Positions 26,879 to 39,604 of a stretch of 64,000 bases of DNA are shown here, piece after piece. How positions within the stretch are numbered: the stretch's first letter is position 1; each line of letters opens with the position of its first letter. Origin of the DNA: the human T2T-CHM13v2.0 reference genome, Homo sapiens; the NCBI RefSeq assembly GCF_009914755.1, contig NC_060942.1; one strand, written 5' to 3'. The translations under genes and the position numbers were made by a program. Below the pieces are notes generated by a model. It did not search any database. It had not been told where the DNA came from and saw only the letters and a program-made list of their open reading frames with translations.

Positions 26879-29800
26879 ATTTCCTTAGCCATCTACTTAG
26901 AACGGGCGCTGGGGAACGGTGTGTTGAACAAGTACTTGCTAATTCATATATCGGCTGATTCACAAATCTTGATAGAAGATAAATAATTTGGGGGAAGGAG
27001 TGGGACTGGAACTGTTGCTTCCTCAGCTCGTCTGTGTCGTGTGTGCTTTTGTGAGGGAAGTCGAGATCTTTGGGCTGCAATAGAGTGGTTTCCACTGTTG
27101 CTAAAATAATCATTTGCCAAGTCTTGACAGTTCCAGAGATGAGAGGATGTGTGATCGCTGAGGGACAGGAGGAACCCAGCAGTCTGGTGTGGAGAGGAGA
27201 GGTTGGAATGGGTGAAGCTGAAAAACCCTCCATTTCAAGAATGAAGGATGCTTAGCAGGTGTTGAAGAATCCAAACTTAGAATTGATGCTTCTTAAAGAG
27301 GGCTTCTGGGAGCTTAGATCAAGTGGCCATTATCTGGCCCAGCCACCAGCCAATGGGGCTGGAAAGATGGAATGAAAGTTCTGGATTCCCAATCTCTTTG
27401 TACTCATCTATATTATTGCACTAATAAAGCTTATTATTAGGTAACGCTTGCAGGCCCAAAGGAGGACAATAGAGTTAACTGGGGAGTGGCATCGTGTTAT
27501 TTCTGGTGCAAGTCAAGCCAATCTTGATTTGCTGTAGTTCCGCAGAACATCTGTCTCCAGGTATTTAGGGTGTCTGCCGTTTAATTGCCCTTCATAGTGG
27601 TACTTGAGCATTCCTAACCCAAAAGAATACCAACCAGTGGTGACCCCAAATACCATTTTCATATTTATTCTCAAATGCACTTTTTTCTCTCCCTTTGATA
27701 ACTGTGCAGAGTTGAGGAGGAGCAAGGGAAAGAGGGAGGTGAAGTAGAAACTCACATTTTAGCCTAAAATTACCTTGCGGTTGAGAAAACGTTTGCTTTG
27801 AGTAACATGCCCTCTGTTGGAATATGAGCATTGACAAGGATGAATGATGTTACACTTCAAATTTAGCTTTCAGTTATCTCAAGAAAATGCTTATCCTCTT
27901 CAATCACCAAAGACATGTAGTTTAGTTTTAATTATATAAAACCAAAGCTACATGCTGCTGTCCATGAGGATGCTGTCAGCACACATTTACAGGCTTGGTA
28001 AGTAAATTGCTTCTTCTAGCTGAGAGAAGCATGGTGCAGCAATGGAAAAAAGGTTAACAGCTTGAAAACTTAACAAATTTTTATCTGGCTTGATGTTCGT
28101 GGAAATGTTTTGTTTGTGTGATGAAAATATATGACAACACTTATACTGGCTACTATTCCCTGTGCACCCATGAAATGCTCCTAACTGTGGTTCTAACTTG
28201 GACGTGAGACATATCCCAGAAGGTTGAATTTGGAAATACCAGTATTCCACTGCAGAATGGCTTGTTATGGCCCCAGAAACTGTGGAATAGAATTTAAGTG
28301 TGGGTCCAAAAATACTACTTCTTAGTAGTACTCAACACTTTCATCTATGTCTTATTCATTTCTGTTTCAAACCTTCCCTTTAGTAGTATCTTTAAATGAT
28401 TAATAAAAAGAACAAAAGCTCTTTTTTTCTCTGATCAAGGTTTTATTTTTTCAAGTGCCTGTCTTTTGTCTATGGTGAGGTTTCCATTATTATGATATGG
28501 GCACTTGACAGATGATGTTGGGAGAAGAGGTGGAAGTGGGCGTATCATCCATGTTGCCATGGAGATGACGATTTGGTTGACAGTCACTAGCTCAAAAGCA
28601 AAACTGGACCCAGGGAATGTGTACTTCCCTGGGATGTTACAGATAGCGTGCTCTCCTTAGCAACCAGTCTATGGAACTAGAGATAAAGAACTGATCCCCA
28701 CACATTCCCCATATATGCAAGTACTGAAAGTTAGTACAATCACAGAATGGAGAATAACTTTCTCCTCCCATTTTAGAAAAGTCCACAAAATTATTCAGGC
28801 ATGACAAAAATGAGGTTCTTATGTGTGATATCTGCATCACTTCTCTGTTTTACTGGCAATAACTCTTTCTCATTTCCAGCATTCTAACTAGATGATAGTC
28901 AGTTAGAAGGGCAAGGTGATCTAGGTCATCACTGGGAGTATCAGGATTCTAATCCTGCCTTCCAACCATCATGATTTAATTTCCTCCATATAAATAAAGT
29001 CAAATGCATCACTACTTCCTGGGAAGTTGCACAACATAATCACCGTTATGGCTGAATGCAAGGTTATTGAGTGGCTATCTGAGCACCATGTGACCAAGCT
29101 GATACGTGAGGAGCCAGTCATTCAGGATTCCAGGTCTTCACTTGGGACAGTATCCCCAGTTAGGATCCTGAAATTGTGTGAAGTCTCATGTCATAAGCAA
29201 TTTGGCAAATGCTCACACTGCAATGCAGTAAACCTGATTTTAATGCTCCTTAATACTCATAGAATTAATTTTTCTCAATTACATAATGCATCATGATATA
29301 TTGGCATATAATCCCTATTTTTATAACATTAGAAAGCCTTTTGTAGACCTTATCCTTATTTCCAGATCCCAGAATGATTTTAGCTACCTTATATTCTTAG
29401 CAAGTTAGAAGACATTGCCAAGCAGTGTAATAATGTAGTCTAGATTGTGAACTGATTTTAATCCTAAAATAGTTGCTTACATCTATGTGACCTCTGGCAA
29501 GTCTCATTTTCACCAAACCAATTAGCATATGGATCAAATGAAATCCAGCACATTTAAACATCCCATAAACTGCAAATCGCAATACACATAAAAGCAATAA
29601 AGTTAAAGTGAGGGCTTCTCTGTTGGTGGATAGAACTTCTGGGAAGGGGCCTCTTTCCATTTTAAGACTGAAGATCTTTCAAATTTTATGTTTGCCTTAA
29701 ATACTTCTAATGCCAGTCAGTGTTGGAACCACAAAGACCTTTTTCCTTGCACACTTTAGATCAAAAGCACCATAGTTTTGTTGACGTTAGAAATTTCAAA

Positions 29801-30364
29801 GTGCTACAAAGTCCAACTACAGAGAGAGGAAAAATCAACTGTAAGAAATAGAGAACATGAGAATATTCAAGCAAGGGTCTAAAGTGTTAAGAATGCAGAC
29901 CTTGAATTCTGTACCCACTTCTGACTCCAAGTTATCCTCTCTTGCATACATAAATTTTCATGTTTTTGATGGTTTGGCCTCCTTAACAGCAGCTTTTTAA
30001 AAAAATTATTTACAAGGCTAGTACACATTCCTGGAGCCACTGATAGACTTTCAGACACCCAAGAGAAAATTCTGCATTTATGCGGCTGTAAAGTGTTACT
30101 CAGGGCTTGTTTTCAACTTGTTTTTCACTACACTCTTAACAAACAGTAAATCTGGGTAGTTTTCTCAGTTCAGTCTCAACTAAAACTCTGAGAAAGTTTA
30201 AATGAAAAATTCCTTTGGTATTTTTTTTATTACGATAAAAGGAAAGAAATATTTTTAAAAAACCACACAAAGAAAAGCATGGAGACTTTTATTTTCAGCA
30301 GCAATTCAAAATTGGCTGGGGAAGATGTTTAAACTCCATCTTTCAGCTGGAAATAGAATTTGGT

Positions 30365-30560
30365 GCACACAGAATTGATGATAGAATTTTAGATATGGAA
30401 GCCTCCTTAGATTTAATCTAGTCTACCCTGTTCATTTTATAGTTGAGAAAATTGAAGACTAGGGGTGCTAAACGACTTGGCAGAGGTGACCTAACTAGTT
30501 AGGAGAGGTGCTGGAACCAAACCCAGGGTTCCTGGGTTGCAGTTCTGAATGCTGTCTAGC
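30365..30560 (-). mobile_element. MIR in intron 1
   Basis: TCTAGTCTACCCTGTTCATTTTATAGTTGAGAAAATTGAAG...GAACCAAACCCAGG. Confidence 0.7.
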
Positions 30561-30753
30561 TCATTGCACATTTTGAACAGAGAGCAAAATCTATCTGTCG
30601 TTTATGAACTAACTCTTAATAAAACATGATTTATTCTGCATTTAGGAGGAAGCAGCACAAACACAATTAGCTTTAAATTTCTTTTAAATTTCTCATTCAT
30701 TCCCTTTGGTTAAATTTGTGGCATTCTGAGTGTTTTTGTTTTTGTTTTTACAG

Positions 30754-30996
30754 GGCACTTAATGGGGAAAAAGAGCACAGGGGAGTCTTCTTCTGTTTCT
30801 GAGAGAGGGAGCCTGAAGCAGCAGCTGAGAGAGTACATCAGGTGGGAAGAAGCTGCAAGGAATTTGCTGGGTCTCATAGAAGCAAAGGAGAACAGAAACC
30901 ACCAGCCACCTCAACCCAAGGCCCTGGGCAATCAGCAGCCTTCGTGGGATTCAGAGGATAGCAGCAACTTCAAAGATGTAGGTTCAAAAGGCAAAG
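30754..30996 (+). CDS. GRP: Prepro-GRP coding exon 2 (GHLM, GKK amidation/cleavage signal, C-terminal pro-peptide)
   Basis: Acceptor TTTTTACAG|GG; reads (G)[44 protein letters not shown]...DVGSKGK; donor AAAG|GTAAAA; alternative donor GAT|GTAGGT after 30977. Confidence 0.99.
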
Positions 30997-31714
30997 GTAA
31001 AAGAAACATACATGCAAGATGGGGTGGGAGGTATCTGGGGAGAGGTGGAAAGAGGGCAAGTTCAAAGGAGGAAGAATAGAATTGCTTATGATATAAACCT
31101 TCACAGTCACTACATTAGGCTAACACATGCTAAGCACATTGACAGACAATTTCTACATTCTCTTCTTTTTGACATATAGTCAAAAGGATATTGATTCCAA
31201 ACTCCAATTTAGGAGTTTTTTTCAGCAATTTTGTCTATTTGCCATTACGCATTGATGGGATTTTTTTTTTAACACACAGGCCCTACAAGAATGTTTTGAT
31301 AGTGAGTCTGCAAACTATTTGAGTAAATCCTTGTGGATCTACAGATTTTATTTTATTTCTGGTGAACACTAGTGGAAGTTCCTGTTTTTAGAAGACAGCA
31401 TTCTTGTTTGCTACCTTTGACACAACGTAGCACTTCTTCATATTTGTTCCAGGAGTACCTAGTTCAGGTTTCATCCTAATATTTTAAAACTCAGTGAACA
31501 TGTCTGAGATCAACAAATCCATCCTGTATATGATTTTATAGAGGATAGGGGAAAATAATTATACTAAACTGGCAATGCTTAAAGACAGTGAGCAAGATAA
31601 GAGAGAATAAAATTTACAGGAAGAAAGCAAGGCAACTGAAAATGAGGTGATTATCACTAACTTTTAAGTTTCCATGAAATGTATAATAAAATACAAAATA
31701 ATAATTACAATAAC

Positions 31715-31860
31715 AACGGTGGCTAGTTTTACTGAATATTTACGATAATCCAAGTATTGGGCTAAGCAGTTTACCTCCATTTTCTCGGCTTATGCTCACA
31801 GAAGTCTTAGACGGAAGATTCTATTATTCTCTCCATTTTAGAGGTAAGGAAACTAGTCCC
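31715..31860 (-). mobile_element. MIR in intron 2
   Basis: TTTACTGAATATTTAC...CTCCATTTTAGAGGTAAGGAAACT. Confidence 0.7.
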
Positions 31861-32239
31861 ATAGCTTTTCACTGATAAAATCAGGGTAAGGGCCTGTGTT
31901 CAGTCGGCCTCAGACAGTCTGTACCATGCCAGACATCTTCCAGAAATGGTCCTCATTGATCTTAATATAAAGGATCCAGGCTGAAGGCCTTGCTACTTGC
32001 TGCTTCTGACAATAAATAATATTGCTTTCCACTCACAGTACTGGAGAGCTTCCTTCTTCACTCTTTCATGGTGAAGACTGATGGCCCCTTTAGGGGCTCA
32101 GAGCTGCCTTTGCCAAGCCTCGGCTGGCTTTCTGGAGGGAAGCTTTCTATTTCACTGCCCTTTGGGTCTATTCTGGTCTTTCTCTTTCTTTTTTTTTCTT
32201 TTTTCTTTCTTCCTTCCTTTCTTACAAGTTCTGGCTATG

Positions 32240-32254
32240 TGGTTTCTTTTCTTC

Positions 32255-32311
<57 letters not shown>

Positions 32312-32445
32312 TTTCTTTCTTTTCTTTCCTTTCTCTCTTGCTCTCTCTCTCTCTTTTTTTTTTTGACAAGGACTGGCTATGTTGCCCATGCTTGTCTCAA
32401 ACTCCTGGGCTCAAGTGATTTCCCTCAGCCTTGGCCTCCCAAATG
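32240..32445 (-). mobile_element. Alu monomer fragment with (TTTC)n expanded tail
   Basis: (TTTC)n run, then GCTATGTTGCCCATGCTTGTCTCAAACTCCTGGGCTCAAGTGAT. Confidence 0.8.
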
Positions 32446-35427
32446 TGGGTTTCTATGCTAAATGGAAACTGAAGTTCACTTGTTGCACTAAGCACCTAGA
32501 GGGAAAGTCTTTGTAGCTTTTATTCAGAAAAAAAACAAAAACCAAAAACAATCCTAGATTAAATAAACCAATACAGAAATAAATACCAACTTTGTACAAA
32601 ACCCCAAGCGATTGTCTGGTCCATACCTGTGTCATAGGTGTTATGTCATCAGCCCCCTTCTTTACTGATTGATCCCATACTCTGAGGGTTCTGTGAACTT
32701 GCAGGTGACTTCTCAGATTCTAGCTGCCATGCCTTTTTCATGGTCAGGTGCTTTGCCAGAGTTCCTGTAGGTGGATATCCAACAGCAGTACCCTTCTCAT
32801 TTGTCTGAACAGTAATAAAAATTGCCACCACAAAACCCTTGAAAATAATTTTTGCAAACATTGAACTGGACTTGCCCTCATAGCTCGTTCATGAAATACT
32901 CCCCTCTACTAACACACAATCATGTTACTATTCTATAGTGCCTCATTTTTGAAACAAACAGCAGTGTCCAGTTTGTTATTTTATTTCCTCAACCTGGCTC
33001 TGCATATCTTTGGAATCTTTTGGCAAATTCAACTCCTTCCTTAAGGATCAAAAATTTTCCACCACATTCAGAAGAATATTCTGTAAGCTTCAAAGGCAAC
33101 AGCAAAAAGAATAGCTCCACAAAGGTGTCTGAGTAGCAGTATAATAGGATGGGTTGAGTGGGCAGCTGCCGAGAGTGACTGCTTAAAGGGGGCAGTCCTT
33201 ATCCCAAGTGAACTGAAAAAGGTCATCAAAAAGATGATAAAAAAAATCAGGCTTTGCTTTTCTATTATTTTTATGCATTGTTTTTCTTTTTACAGGTTTA
33301 GAAAGCCCATCTCATTTAATTCCACCTCCAGTTGAATAATTAGTTATCGCACACATTGGTACTATTCTTTTGGCTATATTTCCTAGTAACACAAAAACAA
33401 GTTCCACAGTTAGTGTTTGCAGAGACCAAAATATTTTATTGCTTCTCTTGCACTGGAAATTCCACCTCAATGAAAGTATGCTGTTATGAAAATTGAAAAC
33501 ACCTTACAATGATCTTATTCAAAAAGAAGGGGTGCCAAGAGAGTAGTTCTATTAGAACCCATATATCTCCCATATCTTAGAGTTATGGGAGTGTTAGAGG
33601 GAAACTTAATAACTTAGCTAAGCATTGCCAGAATTAGCAGCAGGAGTTTTCAGAGGCTGAAGGACTGTTCTTAAAATTAAAAACTATCTACATATGCTCT
33701 CCTCTCTCATTTTAGTAATAAAACATCAAGTACTGTTGCCAACTCTCTTGGAGCTGTGGTTAGAAACTCCAAGCATTTCCTATGTTTTGATGACAAAGAT
33801 ATTTACTTAATTCATAAAGGATGTGTGTAATGTGCACTGAAACTAGATTGCTCGACCATGGAAACAGCTCCAGAACTTTCAGAGCAATTATGCCCAGCAA
33901 TGTTCAAGGTTAACCTTAATCCTTTTAACTGTGCCCTTCTCACAAATCTTTTAATTCTATTCTGCAATTAATGGAACTTTTCCCCCATGGTTTCTGCAAC
34001 ATGAAACTCTGTTCTGTTTCTGCAACATGAAACTCATCCCCATGGATGAAGCTCCAGGGCCTCATCCATGATCCTGGATGTGGTTGTTCACTGTCCTGGG
34101 TTTCAATGGAGGTTTTAGTTGGCCTTTGGTCTACCTTTATAATTTGGACTTAGTCCCTTATTCTTTGCAGCTTAGGTCTCTCCTTTTATTTAGTGGACAT
34201 GAAGAGGGCAAGGAAGTGAGCTACAAAGGCTGTTATGGAAAGAAAGTAAATGTGTTCGTTCTTCACTTTTAAGGGACTGCTCTCACTGTCTCATCAAATC
34301 AGTACAGAGAATAGGAAGGTCTTTTTTCTGAATATTTGAAATGCTCCAAAGGAAGTGCCAAATATAGAAAAAGCAACATAAAATCAAGAATCACTCATAA
34401 CCTTCTGATTACCCTGGCACTTTCTATGAAGGAGTAGAGTAAAGTTGGCCCCCACCTGGAATATAGCTCCTCCCTACCCCCAACAATGGACCCTGCCCAT
34501 TGCCTCCCAGTTCCTTGATCTTCCTAGGTTCCACAACTCTCTTTTTCCTTTTAGTTTTATTCCCTCCAGCCAAACCTCTCTTATTCAATATTTTGAGCCA
34601 ATGGGGGAGTTATGTAGATTTTTTTCCCTACACATTAGCTGGCCCCTTTTATGACCAATGACTCATAAGGCAAGATGTGTGGTGGCATCTTCGGACAGGC
34701 AGCAGGCTTTAATAGGGCAGCCTGGGTTGGTGGAGGCAAGCAAAGCTAATTGGCATGCGTGGGAATCAAACCCCAGGCCCTGGGCTCATTAGCCCATGGT
34801 CAAAACAACTGAGCCAGAGGAGGTAATAATTTGCCCAAGAATATCAGTAGTTCCTTTATTAGAAGAAAATGGCTGATATGGAAGTTGGGGAATCTGAATT
34901 GCCAGAGAATCTTGGGAAGAGTAATAAGCTCTTAGTCTCAACAAAAAGTGTTTTTTCATCTCAGCGCGTAAAGGGTGCTATATGGGAACAAAGAAGTATT
35001 TTAAAATTATAACTACTCATTCTTTCTTTAGCCTTAGTTAATTTGAGCAGAAGCCACAACAAGCAAACCACAATAAATTTAGAATTGGCAGAAATCCACA
35101 TTAACTCCTCTTCCCAAGTTTCCACACTACTACCATTTACAGTTGTAGGTTTGTAATGTATAATTATGTAATGCAGAAACTAGCTTTGACTTGTGTAACG
35201 ATGCACTGTCAAAGTAAGCAAAGTAAGAATTGAAATTCCACATTCCCAGAATTTAACACTCAGCTGCTCCTCTAGTAATAAGTTCCTGGGGATAATACAT
35301 TAACCAACATTGGTTGAAACATACCTGAGTAATCATATCAGGATGCATGTTAAGCTGATAAAACAATAAGATCCCAAAATGCAGTAGCTCAAAAAAAAGT
35401 AGAAGTTAATTTATCTCCTGGGGGACA

Positions 35428-35580
35428 GCTCTGGTTCTCAAATTTTACAGGCTCAGAATCACCTGCAGGGCTTGTGAAAGTACAGATTGCTGCGCTCCGC
35501 CCCCAGAGTTTCTGATTTAGTAGGTGTTAGGCTGAACCAAGAATTTGCCTTTCTAACAAGCTCCCAAGTGATGCTGATGA
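35428..35580 (-). mobile_element. MER5A hAT DNA transposon
   Basis: TGGTTCTCAAATTTT...CAGAATCACCTG...CCCCCAGAGTTTCTGATTTAGTAGG...TTTCTAACAAGCTCCCAAGTGATGCTGATG. Confidence 0.85.
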
Positions 35581-35657
35581 CTTGTAGGAATGGATTTACT
35601 TCTAGGATTAGACTTCAGCTCACTCTGTTTGCTGAACTCTTTCTAATATTTCTTAAG

Positions 35658-35722
35658 TTGGTAGACTCTCTGCTCCAGGTTCTCAACGTGAAGGAAGGAA
35701 CCCCCAGCTGAACCAGCAATGA
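35658..35722 (+). CDS. GRP: Prepro-GRP coding exon 3 (main frame VGRLSAPGSQREGRNPQLNQQ-stop)
   Basis: Acceptor TTTCTTAAG|TT; 139+243+65 = 447 nt = 148 aa plus stop; alternative acceptor CTCCAG| at 35678; alternative frame LVDSLLQVLNVKEGTPS ends 35711. Confidence 0.97.
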
Positions 35723-35998
35723 TAATGATGGCCTCTCTCAAAAGAGAAAAACAAAACCCCTAAGAGACTGCGTTCTGCAAGCATCAGTTCTACGGATCAT
35801 CAACAAGATTTCCTTGTGCAAAATATTTGACTATTCTGTATCTTTCATCCTTGACTAAATTCGTGATTTTCAAGCAGCATCTTCTGGTTTAAACTTGTTT
35901 GCTGTGAACAATTGTCGAAAAGAGTCTTCCAATTAATGCTTTTTTATATCTAGGCTACCTGTTGGTTAGATTCAAGGCCCCGAGCTGTTACCATTCAC

Positions 35999-36004
35999 AA
36001 TAAA
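35999..36004 (+). terminator. GRP: GRP polyadenylation signal
   Basis: First AATAAA after the stop (~280-nt 3'UTR), with CA and a U/GU-rich tract downstream. Confidence 0.88.
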
Positions 36005-36279
36005 AGCTTAAACACATTGTCCAAAGGGCAGGCTGTTCTCTTATTTCAATCCCAAATGAGAGGATAGTGTGGCAGAGATGAACAAACAGCTTGAGGACGT
36101 ACTCGTGTGCTCACTGATCAAGTCAGGCTGAAGCTCTCCCCTCTGAATCCTTGTAGTGACTTAGAGCCTTTCCAGAGGCTCCCTCACTTTCTCATTCCCA
36201 TCAGGTGAGCCAGGTTGAAGATGGAGGCTAGCCCTATTCATCACTTAAGAATTCCCTAATCTTCAGCCCCTACCATGAC

Positions 36280-36450
36280 CAGGTATTTTGCTGATATTAC
36301 TGAGGGACGCCTCCTAATAGTCCTTTAAGCTGAGAATTATCATTTCCATTTAACAGATGAGGAAACAGAGGATTAAAGAGATCAAGTGCCTTGCCCAAGT
36401 CACATAGTAAATGGAACTGGGATCTAGACATCCACAGTCACCAGATTTCC
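36280..36450 (-). mobile_element. MIR
   Basis: CCATTTAACAGATGAGGAAACAGAGG...CTTGCCCAAGTCACATAG. Confidence 0.85.
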
Positions 36451-37489
36451 TGCATTACTCATTTTAAACGTCCCTTTCAGTATATTTATGCCTAGCAAGT
36501 AGCACTGTTTTTTCAAAATTTCATCGCCAGTCTGGGAGGAGTCGTCCCCAGTGCCAGATTTAGTTAGTTCCACAGCTAAAGAATAAGATGAATTCAGTTC
36601 CTTCCATTTTCAGAGAATGTGGCCTGGCAGTTCGTTAACACTCACTAGTTCTATTTTTTTTTTTAACCGATTCCTTTTTTATCATGACATTTGCACATTA
36701 ACAGATTTTGAAGCTTCTTGCCATATGTTTAGAATTTCTTCATTTAGGAAAATCACATTAGCAACCTTAAAGAGATTTGCTTGCTCTTGTTTTGATTACC
36801 TAGAACCACATAAGAGATGATGAGTTCTTCCTAATTTCTTTTAAAACCATGTTGATTCACAACATATACACAGCTAGACCTGGGGAAATGTGTGAACTGT
36901 GTTTTCAGTGTTACCACGTTCCTCTACAGGGCCCCTGTTCTCTATCATGAGACTATCTTCAGCCTCTTTCCCAAGGACTTGATCCTGACCTATGTCAACT
37001 AAAGCCCCCATGCCGCTGATGATGAAGGTGTAAGCCCTCTCAAGGATTTGCCTTCCAATAGGACACTCATAGAGAAAAAAAAAACACCAAAAAAAACACC
37101 CCCCAAAAACAAACCAAAAAACCAAAAAACAAACAAACAACACCTTCCAGACCCAGGGGAAGCTTTCTCTAATGGTGGGATTTCAGGCAAAAAGAAAAGG
37201 TTTCCTGGACATAGGCCAGTGCTCCTAGAATAACCCCATCCAGACTATCACTTGTTTGGCTGTTTCACAAGAGTAAACCTACATGATCCCATGTTTTGGC
37301 AGCCATCACTTTTTTCCATGAGTTCTGATTGCGATGTAAGAACAGCTCTCTCAAATCTCCTCTCCCTTGCAGTGCTCCTCTGTGCCAAACCCGGTCAAGG
37401 TTAGAATCTTTTTGAGAGGTATACTCTTCCCTGCAAAATTAAAAAAGAAATTATTTGCAAGGGGAGTTATATCACACCACACATGTGTG

Positions 37490-37965
37490 TGCCTATTGGG
37501 TCAGGTAATTTTTAGCTAAAGATAATAGCATCCACCTTGGGTAGTTTAAGTAGAAAAGGAGAAAACCGATGGGTAGATATTAGTCAGGGAAGACCAGAGA
37601 ACCGGGCTCAAGCCTAAACTTGCAGGCTCAATGCCCAAAGCCATGTCTCTAATTGTATTGATGAGGTGGCTACCCCTAGAAGCATGCTGCAGAACTGCCT
37701 GAGTCTGCGCTCTCTTCCTCTGCCTCTGCTACCACCTGTGCCTGCAGTAGGATTTCCCCCGCCCCGCCCTCCCCAGAGACTCCCAAATCAGTCTTGAATG
37801 AGTGTCTGATTGGTGGAACCTACATTATATTCCTGTACCTAGCTGCAAGGGCTGCTGGGAAATGGAGTTTTTAGGATTCTACTTTGGGCTCTTGGGACTA
37901 AAATAATGGGACCCTATCAAAATGGAGAGAGGGTGTTCAGAGATGTGGTTGACTACAAACAATAT
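37490..37965 (-). mobile_element. Ancient ERVL/MaLR-type LTR remnant
   Basis: TCTGATTGGTGGAACCTA...CTAGCTGCAAGGGCTGCTGGGAAATG motif. Confidence 0.45.
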
Positions 37966-38744
37966 ATGCCCCTTCCCTTTTTCCCCAAAAAGAATTTTCC
38001 CTTTGATTCCTGCCCATTCCTACTCTAAAGAACAGTTAGTCCCTAGCCTGGGACTCAGGGAAAGCAGGAGCCTGGTGGCTGTTCTGCACAGCACACAGTC
38101 CAGGTGTGTCCATAGTACAGCAAGATGAAAAGATTGCTTCTAAGAGCAGATACCTTAGAAATCCTGGCAGCAAAGCAGGATAATCAGAAGGAAGAATCCA
38201 AAAGGGAAGAAAGCAGTAATGGCCTTTGAATTTCTCCTTTGAAAAGCAGTCTTTTTTTTTAATTTTTAATTTTTATTTTTTAGTGCCACAGGTTGGATTG
38301 CTCTGGGCGATTTGGCAGTTTTTGCATGTCATTAGAGGTTCAGTAACACACCAAGCAGGCATTTCCGGCAGAGCAGTACAATTTCTAGCCTCAAAATGCT
38401 CGCCTTTTACTCCCTACTTGGGGAATATTTTATCATTACCGAGCATCTTAACCCAGCTTGGTTGTGTGGGGAGTAATCTAAGTAGAATGTAGAGATTGCA
38501 TTATTCACTTCCTTAGCCACTGGCTGTTTTATTCAGACAACATGAAATAACTCTTCAAGGGAGACCTGTAATTATGAACCATTGTCATCCTCACAGCAAA
38601 GAAACGATGTTCACCATGTGCATGGAAAAGGCTCCTAGCTCCACCTCCAAGGGCTTCGTTTCTTTTAATTAATCACCTTAAATCAGACCCAGATGTGATA
38701 CAGAATCCTCTCCCTACCTTTCTTTCCACTCTACTTAGTTCAAA

Positions 38745-39600
38745 AATGTTATATAACATATATAACATATATATAACATGTTATATATAACATATATAAA
38801 ACATGTTATATATAACATATATAACATGTTATATAACATATAATATATACAACATATATAATATATTATATATCATATTATATATAATATATTATGTAAC
38901 ATATTATATATAATATATTATATAACATATGATATATAATATTATATAACATGATATATAATATGTTATATAATATATAATATAATATATGATATATCAC
39001 ATGTTATATAATATATAATATATTATATAATATATTATATAACATATGATATATCATATATTATATAACATGTTATATAACATATAACATGTTATATAAC
39101 ATGCTATATAACATATAACATGTTATATAACATGTTGTATAATATGTTATATAATATGTTATATGTTATATAATATGTTATATAATATATCATATGTTAT
39201 ATAATATGTTATATGTTATATAATATGTTATATAATATGTTATATAATATATCATATGTTATATAATATATGATATAGTATATAATATGTTATATACTAT
39301 ATCATATATTATATAATATATGATATATTATATAATATATCATATAGTATATAATATATATCATATGTTATATGATATATATTATATATTATATATCATA
39401 TGTTATATATCATATGTCATATGATATATAATATATTATATATTATATAATGTATAATATATTATATAATATATAATATATAATATAGTATATATATTAT
39501 ATATATAGTATATTATATATATAGTATATATATTATATATACTATATAGTATTTATATATATATTATATATACTATATAGTATATTATATATATACTATA
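38745..39600. repeat. AT-rich degenerate satellite built from ATAACAT/ATGTTAT and TA units
   Basis: Nearly all A/T; repeated palindrome ATATAACATGTTATAT. Confidence 0.92.
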
Positions 39601-39604
39601 TATA

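Larger units (their letters stand above)
25420..36020 (+). other. GRP: GRP transcription unit (3 exons; introns 25667-30753 and 30997-35657)
   Basis: TATA, GT-AG introns, joined ORF of 447 nt, poly(A) signal; transcript ends inferred. Confidence 0.93.

Noticed and set aside
28609-28633. 9-bp inverted repeat CCCAGGGAA-N7-TTCCCTGGG in intron 1
   Set aside because: Too short for a pre-miRNA and within chance expectation for 64 kb.
30997-31079. Exon-2 ORF extension [11 protein letters not shown]...
   Set aside because: Read-through past a good GT donor; intronic.
35487-35657. N-terminal part of the 74-aa ORF before exon 3
   Set aside because: Lies in MER5A and intron 2; only the last 17 codons are a real alternative GRP frame.
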